Assembly: GCA_964252035.1 (NCBI GenBank)
Contig: OZ176200.1
From: Podarcis erhardii
Taxonomy: Eukaryota
Length of the DNA: 64,000 nucleotides
Strand: one strand, 5' to 3'
Of the stretch, positions 13,662-26,347 are shown piece by piece (within the stretch, counting starts at the first letter, position 1; every line of letters begins with the position of its first letter). A program made the translations under genes and the position numbers. Under the pieces are notes generated by a model. It was not told the origin of the DNA and ran no database searches. It saw only the letters and a list, made by a program, of their open reading frames with translations.

Positions 13662-13757
13662 CAGGGCGGTTGTGCCAGGTGAGTGTGTAAGTAAAATTCA
13701 ATACTCAACAGGAAATCCAATGTTTAGCAAATTGGCAGCGAAAAAGCTTGCTATGGT

Positions 13758-13777
13758 GGCAGCGCCCTCTGCTGGTG
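13758..13777 (-). promoter_or_regulatory. CTCF core motif CACCAGCAGAGGGCGCTGCC
   Basis: Essentially consensus CCASYAGRKGGCRS on the minus strand. Confidence 0.65.
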
Positions 13778-13874
13778 TGCAGAGCAGTCCTGGAAGCCCA
13801 AATCCAGCCCAGAGCTAGCACTGAGCCTAAGGGGGCAAGGAGCAGATAGCTAGGAACAAGCTAACCATAAAGTA

Positions 13875-13985
13875 AGGTTACCAGATGTTCCCGGGGACAG
13901 TCCCCGGATTTACAAATCAGTCCCCATACAAAATCAATTGAAGTACAAAAGTGTCCCCAGATTCATTGAAAAAAATCTGGTAACC
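13875..13985. mobile_element. Short non-autonomous DNA transposon (hAT-like MITE)
   Basis: Terminal inverted repeats GGTTACCAGA / TCTGGTAACC. Confidence 0.6.
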
Positions 13986-15881
13986 AAGCCATAAAGGCAA
14001 AGCCTGTTGGGGCTTGTGTTGCTTAAGCCCTAATTTTGCCTGGAGCTCTTTGCCAGAGGTCATGAAAACAACCCCTCTGAGCAAAGGCACGTGATCTGGG
14101 AACAAGATCAGGCTTAAATCAGGCTGGTTGAAGGGGCAGCAATAATTTTATCAGGATTCACAGGTTGAGGAGCATCTTAGGCCGAAGGGCCTTCTTTCTT
14201 CTTGTTCCCATACACCCCTTGCTGAGAGCCGCATTCCTTCCTGGAAAATCGTTTAAGGGCAACTTGCCACAGGTGGGCAGAGGCAAAAAGCAGGTGAAGC
14301 AACACATTTAGACATTACCTTTGCACTCTAAGCTAGTTTCCTCTTCACGTGCTTTTTTCTGTCCTCCATCCAGGCATTCTCAGTCTCGGGCCAGAAAAAA
14401 ACCCACAGGATGCAAAGCAGGTCCAGGGAACAGCGTGGCCCGAAGAGAGTTTCAAGCACCAGACTGAGAGGGCTGGAGGGCAGCCGTGGGCTCCTGCGCC
14501 TGAGGTTCCCCACTCCTGTGCCATTAGCACATGGCGATGGCAGTGGTGCCTAGCAGCCAGCGAAGGCTTTAACTGATTGAATAAGACCCCATAAGGATCT
14601 GTTAAAGCCTAAGTTGGGAGGAAATCTGTTTTTCATTAACAAATAATGTTATTTATTTATTTATTCTCAATTTATTTTTTTAAGGCCACCTTTCACCCTA
14701 AAGTCCCAGGATGGGTTATGACAATTTAGGAGACAATAATTTAAGAGTTTTTTAAACTTACAATTAGAAAAATTAGGGTGGCTCTTGAAACTTGGTGTGT
14801 TTGGCAAGTGTGACATGATACCCTTCCTTGCTTTCTCTTGAAGCTGGAGGAAAGTGAATGAAATGAAGAAGCACCATCTCACAGTCCAGCTCCCCAGTTC
14901 TGATGGGATAAAGCGAAACTGAAGTCGTGAGAAACCCATGCAATCATGCCTCTTCCACTTTGATCTTTTCTGCTAGAAGTATTTAAACCATGTCTATGCA
15001 CTCCTCTAAGTGAGACTGACACCACCGGAAGGTACTGGTGAGGTCCACCATTCAACTCTCCCATTTTGTGGCAGGGAGAAATTCACAAACAAAACCCAGT
15101 TCACATGAAAGGTCATTGCAGTTTTCTGAGCATGACTCCTGCAGCCTCTTTACCGAGAGCGCTCAGTGCTTTTAACAGTTGCACAAGAGACAGGAATTCA
15201 AGAGCGCAATCTTTGCTGGCACAGAGAAGTAGCAACGAGGAAAGCTTTACCTATTGAATTTCTGCCTGCAAACCATCTCCAGCAGCTTCTCAGGCCACAG
15301 CAAGGCAATTCAGTCACGCACCAGCAAATCATGTTACGGCACTCAGCTCCCAGCATGACGATGGTACCAGGAGCCAGGCACAGACTCAGAGCTGGACTAA
15401 TGGATTCTTGCACATCTAATGCGATTTCCGGGCTGCATTTCTCCTCCACTGCTCCCACCCTCAGCTCCACCCTTTGCACAAGCGGAAAACCAATACTGTA
15501 TCTTAAGTTCAGCAAAGGAGGAAATAAATGGCTCAGCCTGCTGGGCACTGCAGCTCCTATTCCATGCAGACCCAAATCAAGAGCCCGGTCTACCTTCCCC
15601 AAGCAATGCCTCTGTACTCATCCATATAGTGCCCCCTACTGGAAGACTCTGGTCTTGCCCTTTAGTCCTAATCCTTCCCCAACACAGCCACCCTCTTTCC
15701 AAATCTTGCAATTTTCACCATATTATCTTCCCAAGAGGCAGGATTCTTAAAAGTTGCTTTGAATTTGACATGGAAAAAACATCCCCTTTGCTATGGGAAT
15801 CCCACCTCCAGCTTTTAATTTAGATTTACTTAAACATGACAACAAGTCACGAGACACTATTGGAGCAACTCCAGCCTCTGA

Positions 15882-16286
15882 GAGCTGGACCATAAAGAAG
15901 GCTGATCGCTGAAGAATTGATGCTTTTGAATTATGGTGCTGGAGGAGACTCTTGAGAGTCCCATGGACTGCAAGAAGATCAAACCGATCCATTCTTAAGG
16001 AAATCAGCCCTGAGTGCTCACTGGAAGGACAGATCCTGAAGCTGAGGCTCCAATACTTTGGCCACCTCATGAGAAGAGAAGACTCCCTGGAAAAGACCCT
16101 GATGTTGGGAAAGATGGGGGGCACAAGGAGAAGGGGACGACAGAGGATGAGATGGTTGGATAGTGTTCTTGAAGCGACAAACATGAGTCTGACCAAGCTG
16201 CGGGAGGCAGTGGAAGACAGGGGTGCCTGGCATGCTCTGGTCCATGGGGTCACGAAGAGTCGGACATGACTAAACAACAACAACAA
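15882..16286 (+). mobile_element. 5'-truncated BovB (RTE-clade LINE) 3' end with target-site duplication
   Basis: Peptide VPWTARRSN...LRLQYFGHLMRREDSLEKTLMLGK...WHALVHGVTKSRT; (AAC)n tail; 10-bp direct repeat CAGCCTCTGA at 15872-15881 and 16287-16296. Confidence 0.93.
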
Positions 16287-17559
16287 CAGCCTCTGAATAG
16301 GCATAGAAACACTGACAAAACTGGCTTGACAAGGTCAGATACGCACACACAAATAACTTGGCAGCCCACAAAAAGGGGGACTGTGAATGCGGCAGGAAGT
16401 TAAAAATGTATTTGAAGCCTGTGGTTCAAAGCCACACCTTACCCACAACCATGATTAACTACTGACTTTTTAAAAATTGCACCCGGTTCCTCTCATTATA
16501 AAGTTCAGAGCAGTTTACAAGATGAAGCTCTCACCCAGGACAGGCAGGTCCCATCTCAAAGCACAGTCATTACTGGAAAGCGGTGGCAGGCAGGCATTTT
16601 TGGAAATCGTGCCAGAAATCAAAGCCACATCTTTGGCGTAGTTTTGATGCTAGTCCAGTCCTGTGCAACTTGTGACCCACCAAGCTGAACATCTACCAGA
16701 GGCTCACGGCATTTCCTGTTTTGGTTGCCTGCCTGAGTCTGCAAGAGCAAAGCTGGTTGTTGAGCACCTGATTTCAGAATCAAAGCATTTGAGTTGGAAG
16801 GGGGATTAGATCAACCCTCTGAGCAGATCATGAATCTTGGAACTATAGCAGCCCTGAAAGATGGCCATCCTGCCTCTCCTTAAAATTCTGCGTGTGCCAC
16901 AGTACAATGCCAGATGGGCTAAGTTTGCCTTGGTTGGTCACAAGCAGAACAGGCCTACTCTAGTCAACACAGCATTGGGGCAGGATGGCAGGGGAGGTGG
17001 ACAGACAGCAGGCCTCTGTGCCACATATTATCTGTGCTGTGGAAGCTGTGACTCTCTCAGACATTGTTGGACTACAACTTTCCTCAGCCCCAACCACTAT
17101 GGCTAATAGTCAGGAAAGATGGGAGATGGGGGGGTGGGTCATGGGTTAGCTATCCCTGGTATGTATTTTGACTTCCATAATTCACACAGGACCCACACGG
17201 TTGCTTTTTCTGTACCTTTGTAATGTTAAAATAGTGAGCTGACCAGCTCCAGGATTCTGGAGGGCCTGTGTCCCTTTCCCCAGCCCAGCTTGGGGTGGAT
17301 ACTCTTCATCATGACCAGAGGTGGCAGAAACGCCAGCCAAGAGATCAGCAGCTGCTGTTGTCCACTCCGTCACCTGCTTGCCCTCTCCTTATGGAGAGCA
17401 AAAACTGAGCAGTGCTTTTGTTTGAAGGGTCTGTCCAGCTTTCTCAGTGGCCTCCTGTTGGTCTTGGGGCCCTGGCAAAAATCCTCCCTTGCTGCCTTCT
17501 GGAGCCAGCCACAGACTTGCCAGTTGGCATGCCTAGTGCCAGTCTGCTTGACTGTTGTC

Positions 17560-18010
17560 TTTAAATGGAATTCTGTACTCTTAGCGAGTCAAGTATGTAA
17601 AGCTGAGGCTATTTTCTCCCAAATGTACTTTGTTGCACTTATCAACACTGCATTTCATTACCCAACTCTCCCACTGCTATAAGATCCCCGTGGAACTCCT
17701 TACAATCTGCTTTAGATTTAACTACCTTGAATAATTTATCATCTGCAAATTTTGCTGCTTCCCCGTTCAATCCCTTTTCCAGCTCATTAATGAATATGTT
17801 AAAAAGCACCGGCCCCATTATAGATCCTTGAGGCTCTCTGCGGTTTCTCTCTTTCCACTGTGCAAATTGACCATTTATGCCTACCTGCTATTTCCTATCA
17901 CTCAGCCACTTGCTAATCTACAAAAGGATGTCTCTGCTTATGCCACGACTACTTAACCTTTTGCAGGAGCCTTTGATTGGGGACTTTACAACCTGTGTTA
18001 TAAAAAGGTC
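17560..18010 (-). mobile_element. Degenerate CR1 reverse-transcriptase fragment
   Basis: Reverse strand shows tttgcagatgataa (FADD-like) and ttttaacatattcattaatgagctgg segments typical of CR1 RT. Confidence 0.6.
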
Positions 18011-18444
18011 TAATTACACAAATCTTTACTCCGTTTACTTACTGACATTCTCTCTCTCGATTTTTTTGCAGAGTTGGGAGGTAGGCTAGCATTTCTCTTG
18101 CATGTCTGATTCTGTTCCTGAAATAGTATCTGCTGCATGTATATATAAAAGCAACCAACTTTCCATTTCTCTCTAGCATTACCAAGAAACAGAAGCCAGG
18201 GTGGTTCCGTTGGACAGAACAAGCTGCCTGACATGCAGGACACATCTCAGAGAAAGGGGGGCCTGGATCCGTCCCTCAGCCCAGCCAAGGATGGTGTTTT
18301 TGAACAACACCTGCACTTTGAATCCTAGCAGTATGCAACGCATTTTACAATCCTCCTCCTCTTCTTCATCCTCACAACCCACCCATCCTACTTTACAGAA
18401 AGCTGCAGCTCAAGAATAATTAATATATATTTAAATATGATCTC

Positions 18445-18450
18445 TTTATT
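18445..18450 (-). terminator. Candidate distal GMPPA poly(A) signal AATAAA
   Basis: tttatt in an AT-rich block about 2.3 kb past the stop; alternative proximal ATTAAA at 20443-20448. Confidence 0.35.
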
Positions 18451-19815
18451 TCATTTTTTTAATGGAAGAAGCTGCAAGTAAAAAACAAGCAGATAAAATA
18501 GGCACACCAATGCAGCCAGCCCCCCTCCCAGACAGCAACAAAATGCTGAATTGCTAATGCCTTTATTAGTATGAATTTTACCCAGGTCACAATCTGATGG
18601 GGGCAGGAGAAATACAAATTAGAAAGGGATCTGCAGCCACAGAATATGTCCTTTGCAATGTTAAGATGCAGAGAGGCAATAGATCCTGTTTCAAATAACC
18701 CTCACCCCTACCCCACTACCTGCTGGAGTTGGGTCAGCTGTTTCCTCTGATGCTTTTACCAGTTCACTGTAGGGTCCTAATTCCTGAACTTGGCAAGGGA
18801 GAGTGGCAGCAGACCTTAGCCAGTCTTTAGACCTTGGAAAGGAAACTTGCTGTGAGTTGCTTTGGAAACTGAACATCCTCTATAGCTGTTTACATTGATA
18901 CGTCCATGTTCCAACATGTTCTCAAAGTGCTTCACAAACAGCAAGAATGTAAACACATAACCCTCCTCTCTGGTGCTGAATTATACCAGGAGCAGGGATT
19001 TCACCTCCCTTAGGTGCAGCTTAGTGCATCCCCCAACACCCAGGCCCCGAGTTGGAATCCTGCCATTAAGGCAAGGAAAACAGGTTAGCAGAACCTAATC
19101 AGATCAGGGCACTTTGTATCAATAGAGGAACATTTGACCCTCCAACTGTTGTTGGATTCCAGCTTCCATTACTCCTAGCAAGCAAGACCCAGGGTCAGAG
19201 GTGATGAGAGATCAAGTCCAGCATCACCCAGAGGGCTGCCAGTTCTTCACCTCTGCAAGAGACAACCCCTCTCCTTGCAACCTCAGCCCTTGTACATGGA
19301 AAGGTAAAGCCTGAGGGCAAATGAACCGCAACAGCAGTGTGGGAGTTTGCATGTGCCAGAGTCCCTGTTGCATCTCATCTCCAGAGCTCCTTGCTCAATG
19401 CAGGCTCCTGTTCCAGCCCTTGTGGAAAGCTGTTCCCATTAGCTTAAAAACTAACAGACTCAAGCACTTTCCTCAACATGCACTCACTCTAACAAGCTGC
19501 AGTTGATCCCTCAACCAATATCTACTCATTCGTCTTGGAGCTTTAAAATCAAAGCTCCAGTTTGCAACAGAGGTTAAGCTATGCAGTAAGTTTGTCCTCC
19601 CGGCCCCCCGCCCCCACCACGCTGCTGCCCACTCAAATTGCTTCTAGGCTCCACCACCCAGTTTCTGGAAGAAACATGAGGCTGCGTGCACATACTATGG
19701 GGCAGCTGCTTGGCAAATAGATTAGAGCATGTCTCCGTGGCAGATCCCCACAATCCCAGTTTGGTGCCTTTGTGCACAAGCAGGAAAATGATACACACAG
19801 ACACACACTGCCATA

Positions 19816-20049
19816 CAGTGGTACCTCAGGTTAAGTACTTAATTCATTCCGGAGGTCCGTACTTAACCTGAAACTGTTCTTAACCTGAAGCACCACTTTA
19901 GTTAATGGGGCCTCCTGCTGCCGCCAGAGCACAATTTCTGTTCTCATCCTGAAGCAAAGTTCTTAACCTGAAGCCCTATTTCTGGGTTAGCAGAGTCTGT
20001 AACCTCAAGTGTATATAACCTGAAGTGTATGTAACTCAAGGTACCACTG
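19816..20049. mobile_element. Tc1/mariner (Tigger-like) MITE
   Basis: TIRs CAGTGGTACCT / AGGTACCACTG, TA on both flanks (19814-15, 20050-51), internal ttaacctgaa repeats. Confidence 0.85.
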
Positions 20050-20786
20050 TACTAAGGGGAATCAGGAAAAATGCACTGCAGCTGGTGGAAATGTGGGGTG
20101 CTGAACGAATGCATCCGAGGCCCAAATGGCATGCAGATGTACCCCTGGGTCCTTCAGTGGCCTAGGCCAGGGGTCGGGAACCCTCCAGGTATCTCTATCC
20201 CTTGGGGCTCTTCCCACAGCACACCAGCCCTGCTCTGCTCTCTCCACCAGCACATTTCCCCAGCTGGATTGGTCCTTTGCCTAGATAAAGGCAGGTGTGT
20301 GTGCTGTATATGAAAACCTCTTACTGCGTGGCTGGATTACAAAAGGCAAGACTCTGTTGCCCCACCCACTTTGGGCTCCAGCACCCCACCCATTGGCATA
20401 CGGCCTCCGTAAGACTGCGCATGAGAGAATGCAGCCCTTGGGTTTAATAAAGGCTCCCCAGCATATCCACACATCCTTTCCTTGCCACGTGCCTTTGGCT
20501 GGTAGCAAGGCAGCACTGCGGCCTCGGGATGAGGCGGCCTCCTGCTTCCAGGAAAGGTTCTGCGGCAGCTGAAGAAGGAGTAGGCAAGCCACCTGACATA
20601 GCAGCAGCCCAAGAGGGAAGCTCGCATCCCCCATCCTGCCGCTTCCATGAACAGACCTGGAGGGAAGTCTGTAGTGACCCATGCTAGGTCCAAAGAGGCC
20701 ATGGCTTGAGGGTGGGGGCAACGTCCGGGGCTTCCTTCTGTTCCGCCACCTGGGGGCAACTGGAGGTTCCCCTCCTGCCTGCCCCT

Positions 20787-20887
20787 TCAGAGAATGATTT
20801 GATTCTTGAAGCTGCGGCTCAGTTCCTTGTGGGGCAGAACGATGGAGTTGAGGATGACAACTTCGGCAGGGATGGTCACGTTGCAGC
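20787..20887 (-). CDS. GMPPA: GMPPA last coding exon ([32 protein letters not shown])
   Basis: Acceptor ctcctcgacag, TGA at 20787-20789; 12 exons total 1269 nt = 422 aa plus stop. Confidence 0.97.
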
Positions 20888-21035
20888 CTGTCGAGGAGGG
20901 AGCAGCAAGAGGCATCAGCAAGTGGGTGGGTGAGAGGGAAAATGCAGCCAACACAAAAGAGAGAAGCGAAGGAGAGTATTCTTCTTTTGCTGGGAGGTAC
21001 AGGGGAAAGAGAGTTTAAAGTGGGCAGACGCTTAC

Positions 21036-21204
21036 CCAGAATGGTGATGGATGGGGTGAGGCGGCCATCCCGAAAGAGAGTCTCGCTGTCAATCTTTGCG
21101 TAGGGATCATTAGGGTTGGGGTCGCTGGGAGTACCCTCTACGCGAGCCCAGCGTCCAATGGTGCTATCCCAGCCCACAATGCTGTTGAGCACACATGTAT
21201 GGTC
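21036..21204 (-). CDS. GMPPA: GMPPA exon ([24 protein letters not shown]...PSITILG), 169 nt
   Basis: Acceptor ccttttcccag, donor TGG|GTAAGC. Confidence 0.97.
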
Positions 21205-22655
21205 CTGGGAAAAGGGGACAGGAAAGAAAAAACAGGCACTAACATTGGGGGGAGGAACCACCAGCCCTTGGGCCAATCCTGGCCTGCCAAGGGTTCCCAT
21301 TTGGCCCACAAGGCCATTGTCCTCCAAACCACACCCACCCGTGATGTCAGATGAAGGAGGGCAGGACCTTCTCCTTTAAGTGAGAGGACAAAGGAGCCTG
21401 TACAATTCTGGCTTTTTCTTCCTCTCCCCCACCATTTCCTACTTAAAGGAGAAGCCAGCTGCTCTAATACAGTTCCTGCATTCCTCGTATACTGCAGGTG
21501 GCATCACCCTGGGATTCAGCAATCTTGCCATGGATGCTACTAAGACTGGTGTTAATCCTTCAGACAGGCCAGGACGTAAATGGTGCTTATAAAAGACTTA
21601 AAATGGAAGTGGAGATCACTGTGGGGAAATCTAAAGTGTAGCTTTTCCCAGACACTCATCAAACTTTCTTTTCCGCTTTTAACAACCCCAACTACTGACT
21701 CAATTGATTTTCTACAGGAACAAACAACTCCTCTATTTATTCAGGAACTTTGTAGAGCTGTTAAACAAGGATTACTAGAGGCATGTGTGGAGGAGCACTT
21801 TCAGCGTTTAAAAGCCGTACCATAAAAATATCAAAACTGCCCTCCGAAACACAAGGCCAAATTAGAAGCGGTGTTAAATGCATCTCTGCATTTAATGTGC
21901 ACTTTTTTAAAACGGAGTTTATTGAGACAGAAGGGAGAGTTTGACCTTCTCCATCCCCTGCTGTGGTCATGATGGAAATGGCACCTCCCAAACTGCCCTG
22001 CTTTCCCTCCCAGTGCAAAGAGCAGCTGTGGAAGAGTGGGTTTTTTCATCATGGCCACAGCAGGGGGGGAAATATCTCCACTTCCCTGCCTGCCACAATG
22101 CCAATAACCATTATTACACCCCCTTCCCATGGATATTTTCATTTCCTTTTTTTTAAGCACATGATAAATGCAAACACACACTTAACTTCTCATCTACTCT
22201 GGCCCTTAACGAAGGAGTAAATCCAATTCAATTCAGCAGGACCTATTTCATGCTTAGGATTGTACTGCACATTTAATGGAAAATGTATGGAAGAAGCTGC
22301 CTTGTACCACATCAGGCCACTGATCCAGCTATTGTCTGACTAGCAACCCCTCTTCAGAATTTCAGTCAGGACTTCTGCAGCCCTCAAGATGCTGGGTGCT
22401 TTTAGAGATGGGACATACCAAGAAAATAAAGGGGGAGGATATAGGGCATCAATAATTCCCCCTCCTAAATTCTTAATAGCCCCGCTAAATTTTTTTATAA
22501 ATGATGCAGAACCACAGATTTTTACAAATCTTTTACATTTCTTGTGAATCCACAGCTTCAGCTGCATTTGTATGTCTTCGTTGATAATACATAAAATAAT
22601 TACCTCCGTAAGTGGGGGCCAGACCGGGCAGGGGAATACCAGACTTTGCAGTGCA

Positions 22656-22674
22656 CTAGTGCCACCTGCAGGGC
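22656..22674 (-). promoter_or_regulatory. CTCF-like motif GCCCTGCAGGTGGCACTAG in a GMPPA intron
   Basis: Strong match to the CTCF core on the minus strand. Confidence 0.5.
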
Positions 22675-23430
22675 ATTAGCAAAACAACGAGAAGCAAAGC
22701 AAGAGCTGTCCTAAGCCAAAAACAGCCTCCTGCCTCTGATCAGAGATGTAACTTCTGAGGCCCTCCAGATGTTCTCTGATGACAACTCCCACCATCCCTG
22801 ACCACTGACCATGATGGCCACAGATTCCACATCCCTGGATTAGAGCTACAAAGTGCCAACCCCAATCCGGCAGCAGTAGTACAATGATCCTACCATTGTG
22901 TAAAACATGGGTGATGGTGGGCTGAGCCTACACGCAGTGCCAAAATAATTAAGTAAAAAGTGCAGTTTGCCGAGGGGTGGGGAGAAAATAATGAAAATGT
23001 TTCTAAAATTGCTAGGCATCGCTGCAGGGACCTTGTTGCTGGCTGTCACTTTTAAGCAAGCATTTTAAATGGTTTCATGCAGACTCCTACATTTAGTGGA
23101 GGGATAGTGGGTCTCTAAAATTGGGGAGGGAGGAATCAAATCAAAATGGCACAACTGGACAATGGGGAGGAAGCCCTATCAAAGTGATGTCACAGACAAC
23201 ATCCAATGGGTTGGCTGCAAAAGTCATACAACTACAGTCATGGGTGCAACAGGCAGTGATGAAACACCACTGTTTGATTTCTGCTTTGTGGAAAAGGTGT
23301 CTCGATCCCAAGCAACAAATGAGCAATAAAAGCACACATTTGTTATACTAAGAACAATAGTCTGTGTAGTCCCCTAAGGTGATGCAAGACATTAGAACTT
23401 GACCCATTGGCTCTTGGGAGCAATACCTAC

Positions 23431-23523
23431 CTGGAGAGAAGCCCCATGCAGAATAATAGACTCACGAACACGCACACCAGCGCCAATCGTCACCCCCTTC
23501 CCGATGGACACATTGGGACCTAG
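23431..23523 (-). CDS. GMPPA: GMPPA exon ([31 protein letters not shown]), 93 nt
   Basis: Acceptor tttccctgtag, donor CAG|GTAGGT; hexapeptide repeats. Confidence 0.96.
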
Positions 23524-23711
23524 CTACAGGGAAAAGGCACAGGGTGGTCAGTGGCCCAACGCATGCCAATAGCCCTCTTCATCTGTATGCTCTCTTATGT
23601 TCAGGGTATGTTCAGGAGCCCAGAGATTAAACCAAAAGTGCACAGCTCTTTAAAATCTATCCCACACATGCTGGAGCCAGGTACAGAGTACACCTTGCCC
23701 ATTACACTTAC

Positions 23712-23758
23712 CACAGCGCTGGCATCCACCGAGGCTGCAGGATGGATATAAACATTCC
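23712..23758 (-). CDS. GMPPA: GMPPA exon (NVYIHPAASVDASAV), 47 nt
   Basis: Acceptor ttttctatgcag, donor GTG|GTAAGT; start of the hexapeptide-repeat left-handed beta helix. Confidence 0.95.
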
Positions 23759-24024
23759 CTGCATAGAAAATAAGCAGCAACAGAGTTAGTTCTTCTCCTT
23801 ACTCCACAATGGAGAAGATTCATTGCCACCCCTCTGAAAGCATCACTGCAGAGATTCTGCTTTTCTACAACAATGCGGGTTTCCAACAGCAATGCTGAAT
23901 ACCTCTGTGCACATCAGACTCTGTAAAGCAAATAACCCAAACACACACTGCTGCCTAGATGGGTAGAGACTCCTTTCAAAGACAGATAGCTGCCTTGCCA
24001 TAGTAGCTCGGGACAAACTAAAGA

Positions 24025-24350
24025 GAGAGCATATAATGTATATAATTTTCTGTTTTACAATTTAGAATACTCATTTAAACATCCTTAAAATATCATTGAC
24101 TTCCCTTCTTCTCTTTCCAAGGTTCATTTTGCATATAATAAATCCCTGCATATTTTACAAAAACTAAACCATTCAGTATTCCATTATTACATCCATCAAA
24201 ACTTATTTACACAGTTGAATTTATCTTAATGCTGCCAACGTTTTCAAGTGTACACAATTTCCCCATATATTCAATGAACGTTTTCCAGTTTTCTCTAAAT
24301 GTATGTTCTTCTTGTTCTCTTATTCTATATGTTAAGTCTGCAAGCTGCGC
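24025..24350 (-). mobile_element. L1-like 3' end in a GMPPA intron
   Basis: Minus strand AQLADLTYRIREQEEHTFRENWKTFIEYM followed by an AT-rich 3' UTR. Confidence 0.6.
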
Positions 24351-25340
24351 AGCTTGAAAACTAAAGAAGACTCTCACCAAGCACAATTATGGGGAGAGAA
24401 GGAATGTTCTTGCTAAAACTGATGGTTTTCTAATAATTCCAGTGTAAAGCACAAAGGAGCGAGATAGATAAAATTGCTGTGGAGATACAGATGTTTAATT
24501 TGTATTCAAGCCCCTTCCTTTGTACTCTTGCAATCTCCTCTTTTCTTACTAATTTTTACTGATTTGTCATAACATATAACTATATGAACAATAAAATAAC
24601 CATACACATAGCACATTTAGTACAAAAACAACAACATAAAATTTGAGATGTGGTTCTACATAGCAACTTTTTTTAGATGGGTCTATATAACCCAATGGGG
24701 GGGGGTGAGTCATTGGAGGAGTACTTATATGTCTCTCTATCTATCTATCTATCTTTCTATGTATTGATGCAGGATTTGGAATTTTAGCTTTGTATTACTG
24801 CACTGATTTGCTGTTCTTTGTATTTGTCACAGCCTTCAATGTGAATGATGTGACATTGTTTTATCAAGTATAATTCTGGCAGGCTCTGAAACCAGGTTTA
24901 AGAGCTCCAAGTCAGCCACCAGAAGATGATGGCTGAAGACGGTTGCATGAAGTACATAGAAAACAGGCAAACGTTTCCCAATTTAGTAAACCTTTTCAAA
25001 AGCAATGCAAAAAGGATAAACACTGAAAGGAGGCACATCACACACTTTGGAGCAGCCTTCCTGAACCTGGTGCCATCTAGAAGCTGTTGGATTACAACTT
25101 CCATCATTTCTGACCAGTAGCCATGCTGGCTGTGGCTGATGGTAGCTGGAGTCCAGCAATGCGCAGGCATGACCCAAGCCCCTTGGAAACTGTACCACCG
25201 ATATGGCCCCCACCCAGCAAACCTGTTTTCAGATGCTACGGCCCCTTTATGTTGTGGAACAAAAGCAGAATTATCTCATCCTACCAACATCATGCATTTG
25301 TGGTTTTCGTCTCCCATATGTGGAAAGAGGGAGCCAGTAC

Positions 25341-25438
25341 CTCGGATGGTGGGTCCACCAGGTTGGTTCTGGGCAAGTCTTTCTGGGTGGCACTGGCTGT
25401 AGCAACTCAGATACAGGCGACTGGCATAGATTGCAGAC
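25341..25438 (-). CDS. GMPPA: GMPPA exon ([22 protein letters not shown]...PTIRG), 98 nt
   Basis: Acceptor tctctttgccag, donor GAG|GTACTG. Confidence 0.95.
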
Positions 25439-25924
25439 CTGGCAAAGAGAACAAGCCAGAAATTACACCTGGCACCTGCCTCCAAATGTAGCATCAAGCC
25501 TGTGAATGCCTTTGTCCTCTTGAGGACAAAGGAAAATGACTGAGTGCCTCACCAAAAAAATAAAGCCTATGATCAAAAGAAGAAGAATCCTTTCTTCCTG
25601 GGATGGAGCACAGGACATTTTTATCCTGCCTCATTCAGCTGGCAGTATCTCCTGTAAACCCAATTCTGCAACTTCCCAGGGAGTTCAAATTTTCTTGCCT
25701 TTCTTTTGAAAAATTGGACTCTGGCCACCCATGCGACAGAAACACAAATTCTAAGCTCAAAAGCTAAATTGTGGGAAATTAGAATTGCACTTGTTCTGCT
25801 TCAGGGATCTACATATTTATTAGTTTGGATCCCTGCCCCCTGCCAATTTTGGGACAACACTTGAGAAAAGAGAAAGAGGGAGAAATATAGAGTCTGGATC
25901 CACACATACAAGAGCAAGGGTGGA

Positions 25925-26065
25925 GGACTTGTGCTCCCGACCCAATGTTGTTTGATTCAAACGCCCATCAGCCTCAGCCAGCATGGCCAATGCTCAGGGA
26001 TGATGGGAGCTGGAATCCAGCAACCTCTGGAAGGCCACAAATTCCTCATGCCTGGGCTCGGGGCT
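25925..26065. mobile_element. Representative of an abundant about 130-bp hairpin MITE-like repeat (ctacaactcccatca...tgatgggagttgtagtcc)
   Basis: Related copies at about 70-120, 5860-5950, 17055-17135, 19130-19250, 22745-22830, 25065-25190, 26610-26755, 27290-27425, 45450-45520, 50340-50465, 54630-54760. Confidence 0.75.
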
Positions 26066-26347
26066 ACAGAACAACAGTCATGGAGGAAGAAAGAGGGTGT
26101 GATCAGGGTCCATGGTCAGCCCCCCCCCCAACCCATCCATTTCCCAATATAAGAAATAACTCTCAGGAGTTTCTCTTTGGCTTTGGCTATTCTTACGGTC
26201 CCCCGCCTCCAAAAAAAGCATGCAGGTATCTGCTTAAGGTAAGAAAAGCTCAGATCCACAGAGAAAAATTTGATTCAGTGTTTGGTTATCTCATAGGCAG
26301 GCTTACAACCACTTCCCAGGCTTGTACCTCCCTCTACTTCCCCTTAC

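Noticed and set aside
15166-15823. Overlapping 134-194-aa ORFs
   Set aside because: No domain, no convincing splice context, and ORFs on both strands, as expected by chance
1-20000. ASIC4 coding exons expected from synteny
   Set aside because: No DEG/ENaC-like peptide (e.g. the recalled MPIEIVCKIKF, FPAVTLCN) in the ORF track or in my manual reading, so no gene symbol was assigned
20281-21327. 348-aa ORF as an independent gene
   Set aside because: It is GMPPA exon 21036-21204 plus flanking intron/UTR; kept only as an intron-retention hypothesis
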